DNA of 37,656 nucleotides from Octopus sinensis (lineage: Eukaryota). Every line of letters starts with the position of its first letter. Position 1 is the first letter of the stretch. The notes under the pieces are model-generated. The model did no database searches, had not been told where the DNA came from, and worked only from the letters and a program-made list of their open reading frames with translations. The position numbers and the translations under genes are program-made. The stretch is taken from contig NW_021835912.1 of the NCBI RefSeq assembly GCF_006345805.1, positions 1 to 37,656 of the forward strand, read 5' to 3'. Positions 11,700 through 23,863 of this stretch are shown in pieces.

Positions 11700-13880
11700 A
11701 AAAGATGTTAGGCGGAAGTAACAAGTTGTACACCCCAGTCCAAATAGTGTGTTTAGTTGTGCCTCACAAAGGTGTTGTTACTGAGAATGGCCAGCAGCAC
11801 TCACTACAACAGCCACCCACCTCACAATGCTCATTTCTTGGATAGATCACTATCATCCCAATTTTGCAGAGGAAATCACCAGTGCAGGGTCCGAAAGCAC
11901 TTAAGGCTTCAACAGCAACAAGTACAAACAGATAGTGGCCAGTCAGGCTCTGGTATTTGTTTAACTTCCTATCCTCTACATTACAGGCAGCAATGCCCAA
12001 GTCTGCAGCTAGTGCAGCAAGATTTCAGATGGAGAACATGTTGCAGCACATTATATCCCAAATTAGGGATTTACTTCCTACATATGGGAAGTCAGTCATT
12101 CTGTCAGGACACTTACCATCCCCATGATCAAGACCTATTGGTTCCAATTGTGACAGAAAACCAACTGTAACAAGGCCCTTTCTGATGATGGAATTCAGAG
12201 TGACATGTCAGGAAAGCCTGCCCGCACTATGGGTGCAGGATAACAAATGCAGGCTGAATTCATTGACTACATCTCCATGATGGCATTTATGTGGTTCACA
12301 CATGTGGTGACTGAGGCACTGAGCCACTCTGATATAATACAATATCCTAGAATTCAGCCTCACCATAACTCATATTTCTCACCTCTGACTTGTATGGGTT
12401 GATCTCAAGCCCAAGGAGCTTTAAGGTTGGGATGACCCGCTGAAAGTCCCCAACTATAGACTCAGCTAAGCCACCCAGTACCAGACATTAAAGGGTGAGC
12501 TGACTAATCAGGCAAGATCATTGACTGCCAACACAAAAAAGAGCAGGCCAAGAGGGTCATCTTGCTGGACATCTGTTGCAGAAACAATCCTGTTGTCGCA
12601 GCCATGAGTGTGCTGGGTGTCCTGTAGGAGAGTTATGCAAGTGGGTATAATGAGAGAGCACATGTTAGACATGTCTCAAAGATGTGGTATTGGATAATGC
12701 TGCTGATGTTTTTTTTATGTCCAACTTCAGAAGGAGGCAAGCTGACAAGGAAAGTGTGTGATGTATGTTAGTGTCGAACAACATGGGCAGTAGCCTCACA
12801 TTCACTTCTACCCCCAGCTGGGAAGGGCTCAGTGCCTTGTTTAGGTATTCTCAAACTACATGCTATCCTGACCACAAGTTAATGAAAGATGTTGTCCACC
12901 ACTATTGGATGGATACCTGCATCCTTCTTCAGTGCAGTAAGGTTGGCTGAGAAGAGATCTTGGGTATAGCAGTGGAGGTCTGCATGCAGAAGACGCTGTC
13001 AGAACAGTAATTGATCAGAGCAAATGTGCTCCTGCCTCAGCTGAGTGTGGTGAAATCAAATATCTGAAATGGCCAGGTTACAGGCCATCTACTCCACCAT
13101 TGCTGCTCACAGGGAAGGATCTCAGGGCAGCAGCCACATCATCACTGGATGCAGTAAAGGCCATGTCACTGTCAGGAATTTAAAAATCTCTGATATCTGC
13201 AAGTGATCTGTAGGCTTGAGATGGAGAGTGACCAAAACATCTAGTGTGGATTCAAGCACAGTGTTGCTTGAGGCCAGTGCAGGGACCACAGTAGAAACGT
13301 CACCCTCAATTAGTTTGCAGTTGATCTAGACTCAAGGTTTTCTTGTACAATCAGAAGAGACCTCATGCATGATGTCAGTCCTATAGTGGGCAACCTGAGA
13401 GAAGTGAGAGGCTAGTTGAAGAGAATTGGCTGAAAGAAAAGACAATGCATCTGAGCCTCAAAGTCATGAAGGGAACTGAACTCTCACTTGCCATTGGGAG
13501 CCCAAGAACAAACATTGTAAAACTGAATAATTTTTTCCAGTCTTGGAAGCAAGTGCCTGGTTTATAGATGACCAGGTACTTCCACAAAAGTGTGGGTAGC
13601 GTTGGGGATCCTAATTAGGATTTTCCAATGCCAAGACTTCATCTGGGCTGCACCTTTGTGTTCACCTCTAGTATTGAGAGAGATATCACTCCACTGGTGC
13701 AAGGATTCTGAGGTGCATCAAGTGAGTTTGACACAAAAGAGATGCAAGAAATTGTTACTGTTAGAACACTACCTTTCCTTCTTCCACCTATTGTGCAGAT
13801 TACAGATGTGACATTGTTCAGCTTCCTACATTGTGGAGGTCAGGGGAGTTGATATACATGGGAAAGGCTTGAGCATAACT
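11700..13880 (-). mobile_element. Degraded CRE-like (restriction-like endonuclease) non-LTR retrotransposon
   Basis: - strand relics: CEPHKCHHGDVVNEFSLHLLSC..SAGR (zinc knuckle, ~12210-12330); LEPIGLDHGDGKCPD (RPDG motif), KSLIWD and AACNVEDRKLNKYQSL..HYLFVLVAVE (RLE domain, ~11870-12150). The RT region is barely recognisable. Confidence 0.65.
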
Positions 13881-13887
13881 AGAGCCA

Positions 13888-13977
<90 letters not shown>

Positions 13978-14060
13978 TTAAAATTACATATATATGTGTG
14001 TGTCTGGAGGAGGCGTAGACATATCCAAAGCCATGACTATGTATTTCCTTAAAATATATA

Positions 14061-14113
14061 TACTCCTTTACTTATTTCAGTCATTTGACTGTGGCCATGC
14101 TGAAGCACCATTT
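14061..14113 (-). mobile_element. 3' tail fragment of the tRNA-derived SINE
   Basis: tttcagtcatttgactgtggccatgctgaagcacc is the reverse complement of the SINE tail at 19631-19669. Confidence 0.8.
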
Positions 14114-14174
14114 TAACTATGTTCATATACATACATACATACATACATACATACATACATACATACATACATAG

Positions 14175-14209
<35 letters not shown>

Positions 14210-14449
14210 AACAAACAAACAAACAAACAAACAAACAGACAGAGATTTATATATCCAGCTTTATTCTGCAGTCAATCACATCTTTCCATTTATGCACTTA
14301 CATATGTTTCTGCTCTAATTTTGTGCACACTGCAAAATTTTGCATCTTGATGTGCATTTTGGTGCTAATTGCCACTTCAAGGTGTTATTAAAACTGAATA
14401 AAGTACCTGCTGGGATTGTATATCTCTACCAACATAATTTGGAAATTTA

Positions 14450-14494
<45 letters not shown>

Positions 14495-14677
14495 TATATA
14501 TAATATATATATATATAATATATATATATATATATAAATATATAAAAAAATATATAAATTAATATGTTCAATAAGAAATAATTTTTTTCGAAATTTTTTT
14601 TCTCTTATGAGGTTTTTACGCTCTCTACCTGACAATTTCTTGTTAAGTTTTCCTTATTAAGTAGTTGTCCTTAATTG

Positions 14678-14717
<40 letters not shown>

Positions 14718-14736
14718 TATATATATATAATATATA

Positions 14737-14774
<38 letters not shown>

Positions 14775-15393
14775 AATTTAGGATTCAAGCAAATTAGGTC
14801 CTTAAATAGTAAAATGTGTGTGAACAATATTTGAAGAACAAATATGTACTTACTAAAGTAAACACAGATTTATACTCTGGTTGTGTGTAAAATCACAAAT
14901 GTCCAACTGAATATTGAATGAGCCTCAAGGTTGCACATGGATGGAGAGTTGCAGAAGAGAGAAGAGATAAGGAAAAGTGTACCATCATGTTCTACCTCAT
15001 TAAGTGTTATAAATAAGTTAAGGTTATTTTATTTTAATTTAATCTATATATAGTTAGACGACAGGGTTCTGACACAAAACTCAATAAAAGGTGATAAAAA
15101 TAGAAGGCAGGGGAACAGAGCTTTATATGCACTCATACATTTGTGTACAAAGATACATACAAGGAAACAGAATAATAAATCTACTTACATGCACTTAGAC
15201 ACATATTTATCATACTATACGTACAATAATAACACATAAATAAAAAGGCACACCTACATACACATATTTGCACCCATACCTACACATACATCTATATACA
15301 TACACACACGCATATATATATATATTCACATATACAACCACACATATTCACACACACACACACACATACACACACTAATATATATACATACAT

Positions 15394-15468
<75 letters not shown>

Positions 15469-15502
15469 TATACACACACACAAGCAACACACATATACAT
15501 AA

Positions 15503-15898
15503 TACTAGCAGTATCGCCCGGTGTTGCTTGGGTTTGTTTCGACCCTTTAGAATTGGAAATTTTGAAAAGTAAAGATTTTGCATTATGTAGCTTGTTATTC
15601 TCTTTAAGTGAACATTTTTCTAGTTGAAATACACCCCAAAAAAGCAACACAGCAGTAAAAAAATCGTAAAAAATAGGGATTTTCATAGAAAAAAAGCACC
15701 TTTTTGATGTAAATAATTTTTGGTGTTAACATGATCCGATTTGAATTTTTTTCTTCTATGGAAGGAAGAGCAAGCCTTCTTCTATCATACTCTCAATTTT
15801 GGTCAACTTGCGTTGCAGGGTCTCGGAGAAGATAGTGTTAGTTGAAGGCTACCAAACCTGCCTTACACAGACAACTTCAGCTTTATATATAGAGAGAT
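15503..15898 (+). mobile_element. Non-autonomous Helitron/Helentron-associated (Lep1/DINE-like) element
   Basis: Starts TACTAG followed by a short inverted repeat (cccggtgttgcttggg) and ends ttatatatagagagat. No TSD. A second copy of the 5' end lies at 26290-26319. Confidence 0.5.
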
Positions 15899-17189
15899 TT
15901 ATATCAGCTCGCATATACTTAAATATATAATTATTACCAACCTATACTTACATACTCATAACCTCTACACTCTTGTACTAGCACATATGCATCATTTCCA
16001 CCTAACTGCACTCATTTGTGTACTCAGCAAAAGTATGCATACATGTATTTATCTATGTGCACAATAACAGCATTAAACACATGTATATTCACACACGTAT
16101 GTATACATTTACATACACACAAACACACACTGCTAATACATTTATATCCATCCCCACATGTGCATACACGTTTACATAAGCATAAGAGATTAACAATTTA
16201 GGGACAAACCAAGATAAACTAGAATAACAAATTTAAAACAAAGGAAATAAATAAAGTAAAAAAAGTAAAAATAAGAAAACATAAAATATAAAAGTATTAA
16301 AAAATAAAGACATAATAAGGGTATAGGATTTAAAGGATAAAAGGCCAACAACAATTTGAGATATATGTATAAGATAAATCATAAAATATGATAAAGCTTT
16401 TAAGAATGTGATAAGAATATAAAAAATATCAGAAAATATAAAAAGTATAGGGATTGTGTATAAGATGTAGAATATAAAATACATAATATATAATCTATAG
16501 TAATAAAATCAAAATTCTGTCTGTTTGGGACCCCTGTATCTGTCTACATTTGTTCTACATAGACATATACTTTTTTGGAATCAGAATGATCTCAGGATCG
16601 AACATCTGCCCTTCATTTGGTTCTTGAACATCCAGCCATGGGTTCTGATTTAAAAGCATCTGGGTTGCTATTTCTAGCAGGTAAAGCTTGGTTGGTTCAT
16701 GCCATCTTGGTTGGCATTTGTCAGAGATCAAGGGAGAGATAAATAATATTCACTTTGTTAATTTTATGTTGAGTTAAGAACTTTGGGACAAATTGGCAAC
16801 AGCTGGAATTCAACTTGGTACTGGTACAATAGAATGATTACATTACAAAATTAATGTAATCCTTACAAAATTAATTCTAATCCTTTCTTAACCTCTGATC
16901 AAACACCGCTGCAGCATATAGTTATTATAGACATATTATGATCATATTATTTAGCTCTCTTTAGTTTTGGACTAGAGGCCCAATTATCCCTTCATAGGTG
17001 CAAGCTTAAAAGTCTGCATGGAGTGCAGCTTTTACGCTAGTACAATATAAATATCAATATTATGTCAATATCATAAGTATATAAAAAAAGTATTTTAATC
17101 ACTCTCTGGCCAAAATTTGGTTGGAGGAGTCAAAAATTAGCAATTTTGTTTCAAAATTGGAATGTTTTAAATGTTTAATTCTTGTATAT

Positions 17190-17288
17190 ATTCACCTGAA
17201 GAAAACAGCTTTTTTGTTTTTTTTCCGCATGATGTAATAATTCTATTCACCAATATAAGAAAACATGTCTGAAACAGCTGTAGTGAAT
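17190..17288 (+). ncRNA. Minimal type I hammerhead ribozyme (family B, GUA triplet)
   Basis: Stem I AUUCAC/GUGAAU; CUGAAGA at 17196-17202; stem II AAACA/UGUCU (one mismatch) around a 58-nt loop; GAAA at 17271-17274; palindromic ACAGCUGU; predicted cut after 17282. Confidence 0.8.
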
Positions 17289-17346
17289 CACAATCCATCT
17301 GTTGTTATTTGTTTATGTGTGTGTGCTTGTTTAATAAATAGGCATA

Positions 17347-17692
17347 GGAGTGGCTGTGTGGGAAGGATCTTGCTTCCCAACCACATGGTTCTGTGTTCAG
17401 TCTCACTGCATGACACCTTGGGCAAGTGTCTTCTACTACAGTCTTGGGTCAACCAAAGCCTTTGGACATGGAAACTGAAGAAGTCCATCATATATATGTA
17501 TGTATATACTTGTGTGACAACCGGTGTTAGTGTGTTTATATCCCTGTAACTTAGTAGTTCTGCAAAAGAGACCAATAGAATAAGTACTAGGCTTACAAAG
17601 AATAAGTCCTGGGGCTGATTTGTTCGACTAAAGGCAGTGTTCCAGTATGGCTGCAGTCAGATAACTGAAACAAGTAAAAGAATAAACGAATA
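17347..17692 (+). mobile_element. tRNA-derived SINE (near full length)
   Basis: Pol III A/B-box-like head (ggagtggctgtgtgg...gttcagtc), body, CR1-like 3' stem-loop and AAAAGAAT-type tail. Confidence 0.85.
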
Positions 17693-17927
17693 ACTTTTCT
17701 GTTAATTTGGTTTGAGGGCAGTGATCCTATGATATACACATATAAATACAATAAATATGTTGTGTCATGCACACAAAGTATATGAATTAAAATAGACTAA
17801 AATGAAAAAATTTTAATTAAACATTTTGAATTGGAAATGAAATTAAAGAAACATACAAGGTTGTAAATAAACATTAATTTTCTGTTCGTCTGTCTTTTTT
17901 ACAAAAATGATTAATAAGAAACAAAAA

Positions 17928-18035
17928 GTCCCACTGCGTGGCACTTTGGGTAGGTTTCTTCCACTATAGCCCCGAGCCGACCGGAGCTTTGTGATTGAAT
18001 TCGGTAGGTGGAAGTTACTGCCGTGTGTGTATGTG
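17928..18035 (+). mobile_element. SINE 5' fragment
   Basis: gtcccactgcgtggcactttggg...ctatagccccgagccgacc matches the other copies. Confidence 0.7.
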
Positions 18036-18613
18036 TGCGTATAGCTGCTCAGTGCCTCACCAAAAGAGAGAGAGGGAAAAAGATAATTAAAATGAAAGAA
18101 AAAAGAAAATTTAATGTAACAAAAGGCAGTTCATGGAAATGGTTAAAATCTTAAAAATTCATTGAAAAAGATTCTGTTAAAAATTCTCACCTATTGTGTT
18201 TATTTTATTTTTCCTAAGAAAGGACATTCAACAATGTATCTTGTAGGAGGTGAATTTCTTGCTAAAAGAGTATGTGACACAAAATATTTGAAAATTCTTT
18301 ACTGAAGAAAATTCTCCAAAGTTATACGATAATATAAGGCAATTTTGTCTTGTTAAAAGAAACAGCACAATGTTTGTTGCTTTGATTATAAAATAGATTT
18401 AATGTGTGGGAGTGGATGAGACAAAAAGCAGTCCAAATTAAAGTTCTGTCACAAATATGAAACCAGTGTATGTCAGAATAAAGAAATAAAATGGAGCTGT
18501 GGAAATATTTTTATACAAGTATCAAGATTTGATTTGAGAAGAAAAGATAGTTCATGCTCTTCAGGCATACTGTTTATATATGTGCTTAAAATATATATGT
18601 TCATATATATATA

Positions 18614-20209
18614 TTGGGTTAGCAAGAAAGTAATTTTATTTTTTGCAAATAGATAGAGTTGCGATTTTTTTTTAATGACTTTTGACATTTGATAGCCATT
18701 ACTTTTAGCTGACTATAGAAATAAATTGTGCATAATTTTGTTTACAGCTGTTAGTTCAGTGTCAATTTTAACATGGAGTGCAAAAACAAACATTTTCACC
18801 ACATTTTGCTTTCCATAAAGGCAAGAAAGCTACTGAGGCTCACAAAAAGATATGTGAAGTTTATGGTGTTGATTGCTTAAGAGAATGCACATGTCAGGAA
18901 TGGTTTTAAAAATTCTGTTCTGGAGATTTTTCGCTCAAAAATGGTCAACCTACTGAAGTTAATCTGATTGTCATATAACTGTGCAAGAGATTGCAGAGAG
19001 GTTAAATGTATCACACACAACAATTGAAAATCACTTAAAATGCCTTGGACTTGTTAAAAACCTCAATATTTGGGTTCCACATAAATTGAAAGAGGTTCCC
19101 TTAACACAGTGAATCAATATTTGCGATATGCCTCTCAAACACAATGAAATCAACCTTTTTTTGAAATGAATTATCACTGGTGATGAAAAATGGACTGTGT
19201 ATAATAGTATCAATCAAAATTGATTATGGTCCAAGCGTAATGAACCAACCAGCACAAACCACACTGAAAGCTGAATTGCATCAAAAAAACGTCATGAGTG
19301 GCTGTGTGGTAAGTAGCTTTCTTACCAACTATATGGTTCTGGGTTCAGTCCCACTGTGTGGCACCTTGGGCAAGTGTCTTCTACTATAGCCTCAGGCCGA
19401 CCAAAGCCTTGTGAGTGGATTTGGTAGACAGAAACTGAAAGAAGCCCGTCATATATATATGTATGTATGTATATGTGTGTGTGTATATATTTGTGTGTCT
19501 GTGTTTGTCCTCCCACCATTGCTTGACAACCAATACTGGTGTGTTTACGTCCCCGTAACTTAGCAATTTGGCAAAAGTGACCGATAGGCTTACAAAGAAT
19601 AAGTCCTGGGGTTGATTTGTTTGACTAAAAGGCAGTGCTCCAGCATGGCCACAGTCAAATGACTGAAACAAGTAAAAGAATAAAAGAATACTGTCAATTT
19701 GGTGGGATTACAAAGGTGTTGTGTATTTTGAGCTGCTTCCAAAGAACCAACCAACCAATTCAGATGTTTACTGTCACCAACTAATGAAACTGGAGGAAGC
19801 AATGAAAGAAAAACAGCCAGAATTGCAAATCATAAAGGAATTGTGTTTCACCATGACAGCATTAGACCACACATGTCTTTATTAACTCGTGAAAAATTAT
19901 TGGAGCTTGGTTGGGAAGTGATGTCACATCCACCATATAGTCCTGACGTTGCACATCAGATTTCGAAGTTTGCAAAATTCTTTGAATGGTAAAACTTTCA
20001 ATAATGATGATGACCTGAAATTGCACTTGCTTCAGTCTTTGGCTGATAAAGACTAGAAGTTTTGAGTGCAGAATCATGAAGTTGCTAGAAAGATGGCAAA
20101 AGGTCATCAAACAAAATGGAAAATATACAATTGATTAAAGTTCATTCTTTGTATGAAAAAAAAACGACTTTCACACTAAAAAACCGAAATTACTTTCATG
20201 CCAACTCTA
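18614..20209 (+). mobile_element. Decayed mariner (DD34D) transposon interrupted by a SINE
   Basis: TA at 18612-18613 and 20210-20211. TIRs ttgggttagcaagaaagtaattt and its diverged reverse complement. Relict KATEAHKKICEVYG, ITGDEKW, VMLSIWWDYKGVVYFELL, HHDSIRPH and HPPYSPDVA, with stops and frameshifts. Confidence 0.88.
19297..19690 (+). mobile_element. tRNA-derived SINE inserted in the mariner transposase
   Basis: Same family as 17347. Removing it rejoins GTCATG|CTGTCAATTTGGTGGGAT (VMLSIWWD). Confidence 0.9.
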
Positions 20210-20219
20210 TACACACACT

Positions 20220-21406
20220 CACACACATGACAGAAGTAAATGGACACTCCATAAAACATTGTTTTATGTTTATTCTAAGTTGCAGTGTTTTATATTTTTC
20301 ATTAATTGGCACTTTTATGTTTTAGGTTCTATATGGTTTAATCATGCCATGTACAAAAGAAGCCTTGGAACTGTCTGAATATCAAAGAGGCCATATTGTT
20401 GGTCAACTTGAAGGTGGACGTAGCATAAAATTGCAGAAAACCTTGGGATCCCGCTTTCTAGAGTGATAGTGCAATTCACCAGAGACGGGAAGGAGTCCAC
20501 ATCACCTTGCTCAGGTTGACCAGGGCTCTCTGACACGACCCTTCTCTTTGTTAAGAGAAGTGTAGAGGATAATCCTCATTGCAAAGCCTCTGACATAGCA
20601 GAGCACATAGATGTTAGTCCCAGAAGAAATGTCAGGTATCTCCACAAACTTGGTTACTATAGCATAGCAGCAAGAAGGAAGCCACTTCTTTGACCAGCCA
20701 ATATCAAATGGAGAAAAGATTGGGCCAGTGAAATAGTGGAGAGGTCACTAGCATTTTGGGACACTGTCATATTCTCCAATGAGTCCAGATTTGCAGTATT
20801 TTCTAACAGTGGCTGAACGTGGGTCTGGAGGCTGTGATCAAGAGTTTGATGTAAAAAAATTGCAGCCAACAATGAAACATGGCAGCTATTCTGTGATGGT
20901 CTGGAAAGCAATTTGGAGCAATAGTCAATCAGAGCTGATGGAGTGAGAGGGAAACATAAACTCAGATAGATATGTGTCCATATTGTAGAAAGGATTCCTT
21001 TCAATCTTTTCCAGTGGTGATATGATTAAAGAAGACTATTTATGGAAGATGGGGCTCCTGGCATTAAAAAGCTTCCATAGCCAAGCCAGTCACCAGATAT
21101 GAACCCTATTGAACACATCTGGGGCATAATGGACAAGACATTTCATAAAAAGAATAAGAAAGCATCTTGAAAGCCAGATCTTTTGAGATTAGTGGATGAA
21201 ACTTGGCAAGAAATTCTTCGAGAGAATATTCATCAGCCGATCATTAAATATGCCTAATAGGGTCCTTGCATTTTTCAATGCAAAGGGCATGTCTACTAAA
21301 TATCAAATATTCACATTAGAACAATTAATAAATAATTTGAATGTATAATTTCAGATTTAAATGAATTTTAACTATTATAACTGTATTTATTTACTTCAGT
21401 CATGCC

Positions 21407-21410
<4 letters not shown>
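20220..21410 (+). mobile_element. Decayed Tc1-like (DD34E) transposon
   Basis: TIR cacacacatgacagaagtaaat versus the reverse complement cacaggcatgactgaagtaaat. Relict [37 protein letters not shown] and MPNRVLAFFNAKGMSTKY. Confidence 0.82.
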
Positions 21411-21446
<36 letters not shown>

Positions 21447-22061
21447 CATTTATATATATATTTTTAAAAATTGTTCAGTTAATATGGTTTCAGGGTAGCA
21501 ATCCTAGGATGTTAAGTGTTACATGCACAAAGTATATGAATTAAAATGAACTGATATTCAACTTCTTTTAGTTTACATCATGCTCACAAATGTCAGCTTT
21601 TTGACTGCAACTGCCTTTCCAGGTGGGAAAACACTTGATATACTTTGTGTGAAGATATAATACAATAATAGAATGAATCACTCAGAGATGACCAGCCTCT
21701 CCTACTGACACTAAGTGGCTGGCAATTACCTGTGAAACAATTAAGGTACTGTGTAGAAATAAAATAAACAGCAGAAAAAATACATATAGTACAAAGCTTG
21801 AAAAATGTAAGAAGTGTTGTTGTAATCAGTATCATGGTCACCCAACAAACAACTGGAATCAGGCTCAAGTACTGTGGCCTGTTTTCCTTTTTCTGTCTCA
21901 AGTTGGTGCTTATGATATCTAACACTACATCTAACATTTTATTATCAACCATTATTGAAATATAGATATAAAATGAGAACGAAAATTATAGTAAGACTTT
22001 AAAAAAATGTGAATAATATTGAATTTTTACATTGATATTATTGTTTTTATTTCATGTCTAG

Positions 22062-22221
22062 AATTCTGGTCTTGGAAATATAGTAAACCCTTTGATGTCA
22101 CTAGCTTCAATTAGTGTCTACAGTATTCCAATGTTACTTCTAGTTGGATGGCGAGGTGAACCTGGCAAACGAGATGAACCACAGCATCTAGTTCAAGGAC
22201 ATGCTACACCAGGCCTTTTAG
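22062..22221 (+). CDS. ppd (aepY-like): Phosphonopyruvate decarboxylase-like gene, third exon ([53 protein letters not shown]+G)
   Basis: AG acceptor at 22060-22061 and GT donor at 22222. The phase-0 join rebuilds VYLQNSGLGN. GWRGEPG-x2-DEPQH is typical of Ppd. No further exon was recognised downstream in the window. Confidence 0.95.
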
Positions 22222-23863
22222 GTTTGCTATACTTAAATGTTTTTTTACTCTAATATCATTAAAAAATATTGTGATTTTAATTGTTATCAGCCTCCAGCAA
22301 TACCCACTCTTACACAGATGACATTACCTGTCATTTTCCCTAACTTTCTACACCTAAATGTAATCTACATATATCATTGCACTAAATCTACTCTGACTCA
22401 AAAGCATATTCCAATGAAATCATACCAATCTTGTCTCACAACCACTCCACTTATGACAACATTATTTCTCCTACCCTTGAACTTGAACAATATGCAATCA
22501 GAATCATCTAGGCTGCTACAAATTCTTAACTCCACCACCAGAGAGGATCACACTTGAAAAATGTGTCCTCAGATTTAACAAAACTGCAACACAAAGTCTG
22601 GCCTCTTTCTTCAGGTTGAGCCCCCATCAACTACTAATCAGGTGATCCTCACAATTAAATACCACTCCCGCAACTGGAACAGTGCATTGCTACATAGATT
22701 GCATTCATAGAAAGGCTACCTGAGTGATTGGAATGAAGCTCCATACCAACACACTCCACTCTCTCATTGATAAATGTGTTGTCTTTTCTCTCTGCCTCTT
22801 CTTTCTGTTTGCCACTGGCTCATCTCATGCCACCACCATCCTCTTCTTGTTATCCCCTACATAAGTCTACATTAGCCATTATACTGTGTCTCACCACCCC
22901 AGTATGTTGGCTATCTGAAACTTCCTCTCTGCTTGTTTTTTTTTTCAATTGTCAACTTGCAACTGTTAAATAGGAATATTAACTGTGTAGATCTCACCAG
23001 TCTTGGAGAACCAGCAAAAGCTTTATGTACAGTCTCTTTCTTCACACCAATCCAGTAAAAAACTAAAAGCTAATTTTACAGTAGTTTTCCTTCATTCTCT
23101 TATGAAGTGATAAATATTCTAAAATGAAAGAAAATATATAAAATGAGGCATTTGATACTAAACAAACAATAAAGAATTATTAAATGCCATGACAAGAGAT
23201 GGGGAGAGTAGTCATAAATAACCAAGAAATTGGCGACCAAAAAGTTTTGTATCTACTGGTTTGTGATCATTTGCCAATTTTTAGGAGAATATACTCTAAA
23301 ACAATATCTGATTTTTCCAGATGTGGATTTGTACAGTACTGCATGTTAACAGTTTATCATGCTACTATTATCACTACCAGTGCTGCTGCCAACATCACCA
23401 CTATTGTCATCACTTTTTTTTTCCTTACTAGTATGGGTTGGACAATTCTGCAATGCAGCATATTACTAGTCCTTTAATTCTGAAAATTCTTGACTGTCCC
23501 TTCCCTAATAATCACATTAAACTGTACTTCCTATGGTACCCAATTTGAGCTATGGAAACTGCATCTTTGAAAATTAAGGCGGGTCATTATACCTATAGAA
23601 ATTAAAATAAACATATAAATTGGTTCAAAACCCCTTCTTTATTTCACCAACTACTCATAGGTTTTTTTTTAATGTGTTAATTGAACAGTTAGTTGGTTGT
23701 TAGTTACAGGCATTCAAATAATTATTTATTTATTCATTATGCAATAAAATAAATTGTTTTTATATGATAAAAGCTGTGAAACAATCATCACTATGGATGT
23801 CAACAGGAGGATTAAATTTTTTCGTCTTATACCTCTTCTCTTTCTTACATATATATATATATA

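Noticed and set aside
17347-17420. tRNA-like A/B boxes (also 19297 and 25640)
   Set aside because: These are SINE heads with no complete cloverleaf, so they were not called as tRNA genes.
18490-18572. Minus-strand CTGAAGA with weak similarity to the family D flank (aaatggagctg)
   Set aside because: The GAAA, palindrome and NUH are not recoverable.
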